Shown here: positions 51,071 through 63,749 of the stretch, piece by piece | Position numbering within the stretch: the stretch's first letter is position 1 | How the letters are laid out: each line of letters starts with the position of its first letter | Origin: Vicugna vicugna | Taxonomy: Eukaryota | Direction: 5' to 3' | Length of the DNA: 64,000 bases | Assembly (NCBI GenBank): GCA_013265495.1 | Contig: MU061579.1 | Coordinates: 3,779,319-3,843,318, forward strand | Notes under the pieces: model-generated | Database searches by the model: none | Told to the model about the DNA's origin: nothing | What the model saw: only the letters and a program-made list of their open reading frames with translations | Translations under genes and position numbers: made by a program

Positions 51071-53213
51071 GTAACATAATACTCAACTGTGAAAAGTTGA
51101 AAATCTTCCTGCTAAAATCTGGAACAAGACAAGGATGCTCACTCTCACCACTTCTATACAACATAGTATTGGAAAGCCTAGCAACAGCAATGAGACAAGA
51201 AAAAGAAATAAAAGGTATCCAAATAAGTAGGGAAGAGGTAAAATTGGCATTATATATTAATGGCATGATACAATATATAGAAAACTCTAAAGACTCCACA
51301 CAAAACCGCTAGAACTGATAAAGAAATTCAGCAAAGTAGCAATATACAAGATTAACATACAGAAATCTGTTGCATTGCTTTATACTAACAATGAAATATC
51401 AGGAAGGGGAAATAAAAAAAAATCGCTTTTAAAATTGTATCAAAAAAATAAAAAGGGGGTGAAAGGCATATACACTGAGAAATATAAAACAGTGATAAAA
51501 GAAACTAAAGATGATTTAAAGAACAGGAAAGATATCCCATGTTGTTGAATTAGAAGAATTGATATTGTTAAATTGGCCATATTACCAAGGCAATCTACAG
51601 GCTTAATGTGATCCCTATCAAATTACCCATGACACTTTTCACAGAACTAGAACAAATAATCCTAAAAGTTATATGGAATCACAAAAGACCCAGAATTGCC
51701 AAAGCAATCCTGAGGAAAAAGAACAAAGATGGAGGCATAACCTTCCCAAATGTCAGACAATATTACAAAACTCCAGTAACCAAAACAGTGTGGTATCGGC
51801 ACAAAAACAGATATATGGATCAATGGAACAGAATAGAGAGCCCAAAAATAAACTCATATACCTATGGTAAATTAATAATTGACAAAGGAGGCAAGAATAT
51901 ACAATGGAAAAAGATAGTCTTTTAGGCAAGTGGTGTTGAGAAAGCTGCACAGCCACATGAAAATCAATGAAGTTAGAATACTCTCTCACACCATACACAA
52001 AAATAAATTCAAAATGGCTTAAATATTTAAATATAAGACAGGACACCATAAAAATCCTAGAAGAGAAAATAGGTAACATCTTCTCTGACATAAATTGCAG
52101 CAATATTTTCTTAGGTTAGTCTCCCAAGGCAATAGAAAAAAAGCAAAAATAAGCAAATGGGGCCTAAACAAATGTATAAGCTTTTACACAGCAAAGAAAA
52201 CCATAAACAAAACAAAAGACCTACACACTGGAAGAAAATATTTGCAAATGATGCAGCCGACAAGGGATTAATTCCAAAATATACAAACATCTCATACAAT
52301 TCAATAACAAAAGAAACAAATAATCCAATCAAAAATGAACAGAAGACCTAAAAAGACATTTCTCCAATGAAGACAAAGAGATGACCAATAGGCACATGCA
52401 GAGATGTTCAATGTCTTTAGTTATCAGAGAAGTGAAAATCAAAACTACAATGAGGTATTACCTCACACCAATCAGAATGGCCACCATTAAAAAGTACACA
52501 AACAGTAAATGCTGGAAAGGGTGTGCAGAAAAGGAAACCATCCTACACTACTGGTAAAGCAGGTATGGAAAACACTATGGATATTCTTAAAAAAACTGAA
52601 ATAGACATCATATGATCCAGCAATCCCACTCCTGGGCATATATCTGGAGAAAACTCTAATTTGAAAAATACATGCACCCCTCTGTTCATAGAAGCACTAT
52701 TTACAATAGCTAAGATATAGAAACAACCTAAATGTCCATGGACAGATGAATGAGTAAAGAAGATATAGTATATATAATATATATACATATATGAATATAT
52801 ATGAATATATATATGAATATTACTCTGCCATTAAAAAGAATGAAATAATGCCATTTGCAGGAACATGGCTGGACCTAGAGATTATCATACCAAGTGAAAT
52901 AAGTCAGACAGAGAAAAGACAAATATCATGTGACATTACTTATATGTGGGATCTAAAATACGATACAAATTAACTTATTTACAAAACAGAAACAGACTAA
53001 CAGACATAGAAAACAAACTTATGGTTACCAAAGAGTAAAGAGAGGAGGGGAAGGATAAATTAGGAGTTTGGGATTAGCAGATACAAACTACTGCATATAA
53101 AATAGATAAACAACAAGGTCCTATTATATAGCATAGGGAACTATATGCTGTATCTTATAACCTTTAATGAAAAACAATATGAAAAGGAGTGCATGTATGT
53201 ATGTATGTGTGTG

Positions 53214-53250
<37 letters not shown>

Positions 53251-53334
53251 CTGAATCACTTTGCTGCACCCCAGAAACTAATACAACCAAATCAACCAAA
53301 CTTCAATTTTAAAAAATTTACCTCCTTGAAAAAA
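51071..53334 (+). mobile_element. Cetartiodactyl-type L1, 5'-truncated (~2.26 kb): ORF2 RT/C-terminal part with frameshifts and stops, plus 3' UTR
   Basis: ORF fragments [34 protein letters not shown] and [35 protein letters not shown]; exact 13-bp TSD AAGAAGCAAAATT at 51058-51070 and 53335-53347. Confidence 0.95.
53194..53249. repeat. (TGTA)n(TG)n(CA)n microsatellite in the L1 3' UTR
   Basis: Direct reading; includes a 20-bp palindrome at 53206-53225. Confidence 0.9.
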
Positions 53335-55014
53335 AAGAAGCAAAATTTCACATGGGGTAACTGTCTTGACTTTTTTCCAATCTAATTCTATTATCAACTT
53401 TTCTTTATCTATACTTAGATCTAAGTAACTAATTTTGTTGTATTCTATCTGGAAATCCTAACTTTAAAGAGAGTATTACTTCTTTAAAATTATTTTTATG
53501 CTCTTTTTACTTAACATAGTCTTAAAATACTTAAATGTTAAAATTATTCTTTCCAGAAAATTTTAATTTGCTGCTTAATTCCAGGGTGATGAGATGTCCA
53601 GAAATGTTGAAACGCCTTACTAAAACTAGTGACCTAATTCCATATGGAAACGCAATTTTAAACTGATACGGTTCTCTGCTGGAATATTTTAATTTTTTCC
53701 TGTTTCCAATGAAAATCTGTTTTAAACTACACTTCTTGGTTCTTTGAGAATTATTACCAAATGGAACTTAATTCAAAAAGAAAAAAAAACATAATATATA
53801 TATATACACAGTGATGGAGCAGGAAGGAAGTATAGAATATGTCTCATCCAGTGCCCTTATGTAAGGAAGAAGAAACTTAAAACCAGACAGGGCAAGTTGT
53901 CAAAAGTTTATTCGACGAAGCAGAGTCACAGCCAAAACTGGATACAAGTTATCCTACTTACTGACCACTTGCCATGAGCAGTGTTTAATGTGGGCTGGAA
54001 TGTAAAATAATTTCCCAATCCAGAAACTTAAGTGATTTTTAGACACTAACCATATCAATATATTTTATCATTGCTTCTTTAAAACACTGAAACTTATTAA
54101 CATTGATGACTTCTCACTAGAAACACTAATAAAATTATTTTGTCAAGTTTAAGAATTGTATTGTCCATTAAGTTCAAAATGTTGGCTGCAGAAATTTTTT
54201 TAGCACTAAATGTTTCACATTCAGATATCTCAGTAAGTAATTCTCAAATAAATTTAGAATTGTGGACAGGATAATTATCTTTGATAATAGTCTAAAAATA
54301 AAGTATTATCTTATTCAGTATAGAAATCTGACCTGTATCAAGATGTTCTAAAGTGATTACACACACCCACACACATAAGACACATGCACTTACAAGCACA
54401 ACCATTGTTCAAATCACATATATTTGTCCTACAGAAATTAAGTGCCACATGAAGGAGACACAGGTATGTAGCTATTTTTCACCATTAATAATCATTGGTG
54501 TATAATACTTTTAATACAAAATTATAAATGCAGAAAGCAGTAAAAAATTTTTAGTGAACCTAAACTCTAACCACCTGCTCAAAGCCACTGTAAATATTCT
54601 GAGTTTTTTTTCCCGGACTCTTAACTATCCATGTGTGTTCCTAGGTGCATCTGTGTGTGTTGTGCTAAAGGAGAATTTAGAAAAATCTGAATGCATAATA
54701 TTTGATTTCCTTTGTCCAAAGATGGTGCAGGTACTTTAAGAATTAAACTACTATATGGAGGCCGAATACACATTTCTACAACTTGAAATGTTGATTTATA
54801 ATCATTTGTCTCTTATTTAAAATTTTTTGGTTACATTTTTGTAATGTTCTACTTTAAAAATAGTGGAATTTATTTCTATCAATTTTCCTCTAAATACAGC
54901 TGGCCAAATTCCTTGAGTTTGGATGCAGAGAACTTTCATTTTTGTAATATTTAAGTTTCTTCTTTTTATAATTTTAGTGTAACCATTCACTAGTTAGACA
55001 CTGGGAGGCTGATT

Positions 55015-55340
55015 TCCGTTCATTAATTCAATAAAATTTTTTGTGTCCACAGAATACGAGAATCATTCTTCAGATGGCAAGGTGAAAGCAGTGAAAAAAC
55101 ACCACCAAAGCAGTAACACAGCCCTGATCTAACAGAACTTACATTCTGATAGGTAAACAGATATGACAAAAATCAGACAAAATAAAATATGATGCCAGAG
55201 AGTATTAGTACTGTGAACAAAAATAAAGCAAGATAAAGGGATATGAACAATAGGAAAAATTGTTTGTGCTGGAGTCGTTTCAGGAAGCCTTTCTTGAGAG
55301 GTAACATTTGAGCAGAGACAAATGAAGTGAGGGAATTAAG
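55015..55340 (-). mobile_element. L2 (L2a-like) 3' end
   Basis: TTCATTAATTCAATAAAATTT...GAACTTACATTCT...GAGGTAACATTTGAGCAGAGAC..ATGAAGTGAGGGA. Confidence 0.8.
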
Positions 55341-56360
55341 AACTATGTCTCCCTGAATCTGACAGCGGCATGGAATGAATGCTGTCAGCTACCTGAGCAA
55401 GGAAACAGATCCTCCATAAGTCAATTATCCAGAAGAAAACCCAGCCAGGGCCAGTCCTTGGTTGCCCCTTTGTTAGATCCTAATCAAAGGACCAAAGTAA
55501 AGCATGCCTAGACTCCTGAATCACAGACCATAGGAACTAAGAAATCTGTATCTTTTTACCCCACTGTTTTTGTGATAATTCATTATACAGCAATCAAAAA
55601 CTAATAAACATTTAAATACCTAGAGGTAGGGAGCTATTGTGACAAATACCTCAGAATGTGGGGGTGGACTGGGCAATGGGCAGAGGCTGGAAGAATTTTG
55701 GGGAGTGTTATAGAGAAACTCTACATTTACTTGAACAAACCGTTAGTAAAATTATGGACTTTAAAGACGCTGTTGATGAGGGCTCAAAAATCAAGTGAGG
55801 AATGTGTCATTAGAAGCTGCGGTGAGGAGTATCCTTGTTATACACAAGTATCTGATCCACAATAGGCAGGTAGAAGACCGATAAACTATGTACTTTTCAT
55901 AAAAAGTTAAAATGACTCAAAGGATGGAGCCAAGAAACCAAAGAATAGAATAAAGAGCCACAAAAAACTTATTCTTCAGGCTTGAAATCTAATCAAGAAA
56001 TTCCTAACATTTTCCCGGCTAGATCGGCACCTTTATTAAACAGGGTCTTATTTTTACCTTGTATTTTCTAGTCCTTAAACTTAACATGTATAGCTCATAT
56101 CCTATACCAGCCCTACTATCAGATAATACTGACCCAGATGGCGTGTCTTTTGTTTTATAGACCCACAAATGGAAAAGGTTTTGTGTGTGTGTGTGTCCCA
56201 GGAGCTTTATTTAAAGGATTACATTCAGGAACCTCATCTATTCCAGAGCCTGATTTAGATGATGAGATTTTGGGCTTTGGTATGATGCATAATGGCATGA
56301 GATTCAGGGGAAATGTAGGAAAGAGTGCATGTATTTTGCTTTTGGGAGGAATATGATTAA
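55340..56360 (+). mobile_element. MaLR provirus remnant: MLT1 LTR 3' part (to ~55609) followed by internally deleted MLT1-int
   Basis: LTR end TTATACAGCAATCAAAAACTAATA; int 5' end TGTGACAAATACCT..AATGTGG...GGGCAGAGGCTGGAAGAATTTTG; int 3' end CCTGATTTAGATGATGAGATTTTGG...TGTATTTTGC. Confidence 0.8.
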
Positions 56361-57049
56361 ACCTACATCAATGAAACAGCTCTGGGTCTTGGTCCTTATA
56401 CATTCAGCCCTCCTTTATCTACCTCCAGAAGTAGTTAGAGGACCACTGGGCTAGGTTATTTCCAACTCCTTTCATCTCTGAAGCTTACATTTTACATTTC
56501 AGAGAGACACAGGTATTCAAATAAAAAAATTTATTCATCAAAGAACATGGCTCATGTTCTGGTCAGAAACACTGAATTTGTTTTCTAATTATAATATCAA
56601 TATTTTTAAAGTATTTACCTCACAAAACTCCAGTGCTGTTTAAACATTTGAAGCCAAAATTCATGTGAGTACTTAACTCAAAGATGGTCTAGTGTACAGT
56701 AAATGAGTGCTGTAATTTAGATGATACAATCATAATTATTGTTAAATGATATTTTGTATGCATTACTTATTCTCGAATTAGGGTAGGAGTATCTTAGTGT
56801 GAAAAAGTAAGCAGAAGATATGATGAATATCAAGCCATGCTCATTCAGAAATCAGAAAATGTGATTTATTTATAATGATTCATGTCATTAAAAAATCTCT
56901 CCTTAAGTAACTTACCTTACTCCTAAAGAACATGAAGCTTTATTAAGTAAAATTAAGATAGTGTTCAAGAAGTAAACCTATCTGTGGATGTGTTCATGCT
57001 TTTAGACCCCTTCGTTTATGAAAGTATTTTTTCAATGTGCATGGCAGGA

Positions 57050-57312
57050 TACCAAATCCTCCTTTTCCCTTGAGAGCCCTCCTGGCCACTGCAAAAACAA
57101 CTGTTCCCAATTAACTCTGGACCTATTGCACTTTTCTCTCTCTCAAGGCATTTATCACTTGCTATAATGTAATAGAGTCACCAGTGCAAATTTCTTCTCC
57201 TCTAATGCCCAAGAACCCACTGGGAAAAGGGTTTGGTTTGATTCACCTTTATCTCATTCTCTGTGCTTAGTTTTGTGAGTGATAGGTATGCAGAAGTTTA
57301 TCAACTTGTTCT
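57050..57312 (+). mobile_element. L2 3' fragment
   Basis: GCATTTATCAC...TCTTCTCCTCTA...TTGATTCACCTTTATCTC...GTGCTTAG. Confidence 0.55.
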
Positions 57313-57725
57313 GTTTACTGCCAAAATGACTAAGGCTTAGAAATTTTCTGTGTTGTTTTAATGTAAAAAATAATTTTTAATAGACAGGAGATGTAATTTC
57401 TATTCTCTACTCTTTCTACTCCCAAAATCACGTAATACTGTAGCTGTGAAAAGTATGATTTAACCTTTGCAATTCCCCTGCATCATTGATGAAAAGGTAT
57501 TATAATGTCTTACTTTTAGAATAAGAATATTCTGAACAAAAAGATCTGTTTTCAAGTCCTTTGCAAGTCTTAGATCTTTGATAAGTGAGACCTTTCTGAA
57601 TTTCCTGATGTATAAAGTAATTCCTCTGCATTATTCACAAAAGAATTCTAAAAAATTATGGAAAATACAATCGACCTTCCTTTAATTCTCAACTAGGATT
57701 CCCAGATGTCCCTGTTGTAGAGGGA

Positions 57726-57761
57726 TTTATTTTTTATTTTTTATTTTTTATTTTTTTTTTT
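57726..57761. repeat. (TTTTTA)n / poly-T tract
   Basis: Direct reading. Confidence 0.9.
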
Positions 57762-58244
57762 ACCAAGAAAGAGTTTGCTTGAAATAACAAAATAAAGTTA
57801 TAGGACTGGACATGAAAGAGAAACCGAACACCTTCTGAATTTAATTTGAAAGCAAAAATAAGTGCTTGAAATAAAAAGATGGGGGTACAGAGAGGGAAAA
57901 AGCATATCAAGGTATATCAAGGCTAAACCCAGTTGGGAGGAACACTTGAAATATCAATAAATATCTCTAAGATAGATGACAAAAGTATTCTTAGGGAGGT
58001 GTATATCACACTAGACCCCACACTGCTTTTCACTAGCTCTTAATTTTTTTTTTATGTAATAGTCTTTGATTCGGTTAGATGAGCAGGACTTAGAAAGTTT
58101 TTTGGCTGGTGAAGAATTCTGCAGTTTTACAACAAAGAGGAGTATGAGTAAGAGGAATTTAGAGGAGCTCATTATTTGTCAGTGTTTCAGTATTAGTATC
58201 CTATATTTACATCCCCTGTCATTCTCTGCTGGAAAACATTCACT

Positions 58245-58437
58245 GCCTTTAAAGGGCTTATGCAATTGAGTCCTGCCTAGAAAATTTCCTTATCTTAAAA
58301 TCAACTATGCTATGTAATACAACATTATCACAGGAGTGAAAGCTCATCATATTTACCAGTTCCAGTTACATCCCAAGGGGAGGAGATTATTCAAGGCCAG
58401 GGTCATTGAGGATCATTTTTACAATTCTGACCATCAA
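58245..58437 (-). mobile_element. MaLR LTR 5' part (MLT1E-like)
   Basis: CCTTTAAAGGGCT, CCTTATCTTAAAATCAACT, ATCACAGGAGTGA...TCATCATATT, GGGGAGGAGATTAT. Confidence 0.7.
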
Positions 58438-58549
58438 AATAGGGAAAGGAGTTCAACTTCAGCCCAGATTCATAAGCTCTGATTTAATGCAAAAAGGAGG
58501 CCATCAGTTATTTTTCGTATATACTGTTTGTTAACATTAATAGAGAATA

Positions 58550-58755
58550 CAATAATAATAAAAATTTACACAGTATTTTTCCACAGACACTTTCACATTT
58601 GCTCCTCACAGAAACCTAGCAACTCTTATTATACCTGCCTTCTAGAGGTAGAAATGGAGCAAAGCGATTTTAAGTAAACTCTCCTCAAGTTCGACCAATG
58701 GAAAATTCTGCATTCAAAAAAAAAAGTATGATTCTAAACACATTATGTTTTACTT
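58550..58755 (-). mobile_element. MIR fragment
   Basis: CACTTTCACATTTGCTCCTCACAGAAACCT...AGAGGTAGAAATGGAG...TTAAGTAAACT. Confidence 0.55.
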
Positions 58756-61544
58756 CATACAAAATTATTTACAGTAGATAATTTACTGTTACCAGAATCA
58801 TCAAACATGATTGCTCTCACGACAGAGTAGAGTGAGTGTGTTCTAATGCCCATGGTATGTTTTGTGATATAACTACGTGAGTTACAAATAATGTGAATAT
58901 TAAATTAGAGATGAAATCCAAGATGAAGTGAGTCATGTTTCCCTGCAGCTCTGAGGCAACGATGGTGTTAAATGTTAGAGCTGAGAATATAGGAAAAGGA
59001 CTCAGCCCAGGGCTCTTCATCACCAGGTGACTTGCCTTTCTTTAAGAGGCTCTCCAACTGCTTGAGTGATGGAAATCAGGTTTTCCCCTTTGCTAAATGT
59101 CTGCAAGCCCATTCTGACCTACTTAGCTTTCTAAACAGATTTCCCTGGTGCTATATGGCAGGAGTTGCATTGCGGAGGGAAAAACAGCATTCTTTATACT
59201 CCTTTAACCTGTGGACTGCCACATCTATTTCATTTCCCAAGAATTACGTCAGTCTCTTTCCTTCTGTTTGAGTTGGTTGATGGTTATAAAGCTTCATTAC
59301 CAGAGAACTACGTAAACGAGGTATCGTTATATGCAGATCCACAAAGACACGGAAATTATTTAAGACAACATAACCCCTTGAGGATATTTTTTAACAGAGA
59401 GTTTACCTCTGGCATATTTCTGCCAAGTTAAAGAAATATACAACTTTAGTAACTAGAAGGCCTTAATATATTGCTTGCACAACTTGTACAAGGAATCTCA
59501 ATGATGGTCCCTGGGAGAATTCTGCTTGAATAGGATTTAGACTTATTAGTTCATGCAATGTTGATTTTTGAGTATTGGTCTTCTGAGAAAGACAGAGTAC
59601 TTCACAAACTGTGTACTTTAGCCTCAATGGCCCGGGGATTTCTCACAGAGGCTATCTTTCTCTCATATTCTGAGTGTGATTACATAGCACACTTTTCTAA
59701 GAGTTCAAGTGGTAAAACAAAGACATCTACAGGAATTACTCATTACAGTATTTTCAAGTGGAAGGCTAACCACATCTAATAACAGTATAGGCAAAAAATA
59801 ATGGACAATTAAAAAAAGAAAATATATGTCTACATATATGACAGTGAGAAAGAAAGGTAAGGAGATAATAGATGATAGATTTGTGAACATGTTGGTGTTT
59901 CGACTTTCTGAAATTCTTAAATTTGGCATGGTAAAATGGTTTAAAGATACTTTCCTTCGATTTTGACATCTGGATAAGAAAAGTAAAAGTAGATACTTAG
60001 AGAGAGGAACTGATTTAGTAGAGTATTTCTTCCAACTGTGACTCAGAGTATGCATGCTTTGCTCATATAAGCACCATATTTGAACCTAAGTTTCCAGACT
60101 TATTTTCTCAAGTAAAACTGAATATGCTGATAAAAGAGGTTTCCCCCCATTTATAATATATTTAATTTTAAAACAACAAAAGTTATAATATAATTAGTAT
60201 ATTAGAGTAAATATGAACACAGAATTTTTATTACTCAAGGAATACTTAGAGGGTTTCTGAGTTCTAAATTTTCCAAAGAAGCATCAGCTGGGTATGTATT
60301 TACTGAAAGATGGTAGGTTAAAAGTTGTCATAAGAGTCTCGATTTATTCACTTCAATTTATACATATAGAACACTTCAGGTATATCATTCTGCATCATCA
60401 TTCTACTGACTCATTCTATTCATAGCAGGAATATGTTTGCCAAAGTTTATTAGAAAATGGTAGTAATATCTCAACCAATTTTGCTCTAAACTTTGCAATT
60501 TTGACGATTCTAATTTAGTTCCTAAAGCAGCTAAAGTGCCAGTATATTAAACCAAGTTTCCCAAAAGTAAAAAAAAAACCAAAAAAACCAAAAAAACAAC
60601 ATTTATGGTAACAATACTGGATTTTATTCAAAATGAAGATAATTTATTTTTGTTGACTTTAGCATACATGAAAACATGTCATTAATTCTGGAACTCTATT
60701 AAAGACAGTATTATTTACTTTTGTAGATATACACAAAGAACATATTTCGTAGCTTATTACAGTCAAATACATTAAATTTTCTCCAGCTTTGATACTGAAT
60801 CACTAATTACTTTACTTGGTACCTGTCAAGTAATCTGCCACATTCAGCTTTTTGTTCATTTGTTTTAAATTTTCATTATGTAAATGAGACTAATGGCAAG
60901 ATTTTGATACTCATCTGACTTCTTATAAGTACAAGAGAAACATCCTCCCTGGAAAATGGTTGCTTGGAAAATTGTAGTTGAATGAAATCTATTATTATTA
61001 AAATATATACATTAGTATATATTTTTCTGTCCTTTAAAGCATGTTATGCATACCTTCCAACAACAACAAAAAATCCTTTCATTTTAAACTGTGAAAGATC
61101 TATGTTAAAGAAGGTATTCCTTTTTTAATAATGAAAAGCCAGTAGATCAGTAGATAGACATTGTTTCTGGTTACAGATTTACTCCTAGGTAGACAGGTGA
61201 CTTTATGCAAGTTAGTTATAAACTTTCTAGAAATCAGCTCCTCTGTTAGAAAATTACGCAAACTAACTAGGGTCTTAAAGCATCCTGGTATCACTAGGAT
61301 AAGCAAGGCTATGCTGATATAATGGGTAAAAAAATCGAAATCTTCAGTGGCACTCTCTTTTGTTTTAAGTTCATACAAATTCTTTAAAGATCCAGGCAAC
61401 TCTCTATGGTCACTGTCCTCTATGAAGCTCCTTGGTGACTGGGAGTGAGGATGCTGTTGCTATAATATCTAGAACATGTAGCTTTTTTCAGTGATGCAAG
61501 AAAATGAAGGTGGGTTGTGCGTAAGCAATTATATGCTTTGTAAT

Positions 61545-62354
61545 TGACAAAGACTCCCTTCTTGACCAAAGTCTAGATAGAGTCCTCAGATTCCTTTTTC
61601 AACTAGGCTCTGTCCTTGGGTCTTGGCTTCAAGAACCCAGTTGTAGCAAGGGTCTTGTTAAGTCAGTTTAGCAAGAATCCCCCACCCTCAATATCTGATC
61701 ATCCTTGATATCTGATCAAATTCCTCAACCCCCACTACTACAGGGTGAATACTTGGGAACCTAATTCCCAGTGGGATGTTATTAAGAGGTGGAACCTTTG
61801 GGAGGTGATTAGGTCATGAGGGTGGAGCCTTCAGGTATAGGATCAGTGCCCCTATAAAGCAGACCCCAGAGAAATCCCTTGCTCTTCTCACCAAGGTGAA
61901 GTTACAGCAAGAGGGTGCCTTCTATGAAGTAGAAAGCAGAACCTCACCAGATACTGAATTTGCTAGCTCCATGATTGAGGAGTCTCAAGTCTTCAGAACT
62001 GTGAGGAGTAAATTTGTTGTTTATAAGCTACCTAGTCAATGATATTCTGTTATAGCATACCAACAGACTAATTCCCCCAGCAAATATTTCATCACTTTGG
62101 CTTGCCCTCAGCAAGAATTGTTTTAGATCAGTTTGGCAAGAATCTCTCTATTCCCTTAGGAACTTACTACCCACAGAACATCCACCACCACCACCACCAA
62201 CCCTGCTCCTTAACTATAAATCATCAGTTTTTCTTGTTGAATTTGAAATTGAGCCTAATTATATACTTAGGGTTTTTTTCCCCTCTGTTGTACTAGGGCC
62301 TGAAAAACTCAGTTTTTACCACTTCAACAATTGTCCAGCTTGGTTTTCTTTTAA
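61545..62354 (+). mobile_element. ERV1 solo LTR, MER31-like, interrupted by MLT1A
   Basis: TGACAAAGACTCCCTTCTTGACCAAA, AGTCAGTTTAGCAAGAATCCCCCACCCTCAATATCTGATCA, resumes at TCCCCCAG...CAGCAAGAAT. Confidence 0.85.
61736..62071 (+). mobile_element. MaLR solo LTR, MLT1A-like
   Basis: CCTTTGGGAGGTGATTAGGTCATGAGGGTGGAGCC, CCTCACCAGA, CAGAACTGTGAG..TAAATTTGTTGTTTATAAGC, GACTAA end. Confidence 0.9.
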
Positions 62355-63164
62355 AAATGGAAGTGATATATGACTCTTTCCTACACATTACTATGGTCAC
62401 AGCTAGTCACACAGCCATGGTTATTCAAAAAGCCATGTGGAAAGAAGATGAGAAATCTTTGTGATAACTTACAATGTCTAATGTATTTCTTTGTAGCTGT
62501 AACTTCCTAAAATCTCATTATGCCTTGAAATTTCCCAGGAAAAAAGTATAGGATAATGACATTTTTACCAATAAGAAAAAATTGAAAATTTCAGCATTTT
62601 AAACATATATAAATACCTTCTCTCAATGTATATTCACAAAAACATCCATATTATAGTTAGGTCTGACAGACAACACTCCTATATCATAAATGAACAAACA
62701 GGCACAAAGTAATGAAATGCAATGATTAAAAAACATCTAAAACTTACACCCCCCGCTTAGAGGCAGAACAAAGTCTAGAATCTAATCTCCTGAATCCTAA
62801 TCCTAAATTCTTTTCCACGAGAGTATGTCAAATGTAAATATAAATAAGTGGAAATTCCCACCAGAAGTCACTATTGAGGAAAACCAGCTTGAATGTTCTA
62901 ATATTTGACTGAAAATAATTAGTTTCATTTGTTTTATTAAGAATATGCATTTCACAAAGCATAAGTTATGTTTTATTCTCTGTTTGCTTCCTTCATGAAG
63001 TTCAAGTCAGGGCAAGAAAATGTTAGCTTCCTCGGTTGCACCCCGTTAAAATGCCCCTAATCAAAACCTGTTTTTCCTGGATACTACACAAAATGTCACA
63101 AATAAACCTGTGCACCCATTTGTGATAATGTGCTAAGCACCCCTAGGTAACAGTACCTTATAAA

Positions 63165-63310
63165 ATATTAGAACAGACAGGTCTTTAGAGAACAACTAGA
63201 CGAAAATTCTCACTTGTAGATAAGACACCTGAGTCTCAAGAAGATCAATTGTTTTTCTATTGCTACTCTTCTGGTCAATGTTGATGTGACTTAGACCAGA
63301 CCCAAAACTA
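63165..63310 (-). mobile_element. MIR-family fragment
   Basis: TTAGAAC...CTTTAGAGAACAACTAG...TCTCACTTGTAGATAAGACACCTGAG. Confidence 0.55.
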
Positions 63311-63749
63311 AGTTATATTATATGCTGTGTTGAGTATAATTGAAGATGGTAAAGAGACCTATTTGGGGAGCTTATTTTAGAATACTTCCAATAGCAAAAT
63401 TCATACAGTTTTATTTTAAGAAGTAACCTCTTTGCCACTAATCTTCTCCACCCCTATATATGTTCTGTATTTCCCCCAGTTATCAGAGAAGAACAAATAA
63501 AATTACAAAGCTCCCCTGATGGAAGACCTAGGTTAAGTTTCTGTTGCTTATGAGAGAAGGCACAAATTCTGCAGTATTTAATTTTGCAGTCTGGTGTGCA
63601 CGTACTTCTCCATATTCATCAACTAACCTACAGCCCATACTGCAATCAGAGTGATGTCATTCGTCTCTGCACACATGATAGTATTTCATAACTCTACATC
63701 TTTGCTATCGCTTACCTCTATTCAATTTCCTGATTTCCCTATCTAACAC

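Larger units (their letters stand above)
61285..62482 (-). mobile_element. Old MaLR LTR (MLT1K/L/N-like) split by the MER31-like LTR
   Basis: AGGATAAGC.AGGCTATGCTG...TCTTCAGTGGC; GCAATTATATGCT|...|GGAAGTGATATATG...TGGTCACAGCTAGTCACACAGCC. Confidence 0.6.

Noticed and set aside
51046..52351. ORFs with reverse-transcriptase-like peptides as an active RT system
   Set aside because: These are fragments of one decayed L1 ORF2 with stops and frameshifts. The catalytic (F/Y)ADD position reads YING, and ORF1 and the endonuclease are absent.
53206..53225. 20-bp perfect palindrome
   Set aside because: A trivial result of adjacent (TG)n and (CA)n microsatellites in the L1 3' UTR.
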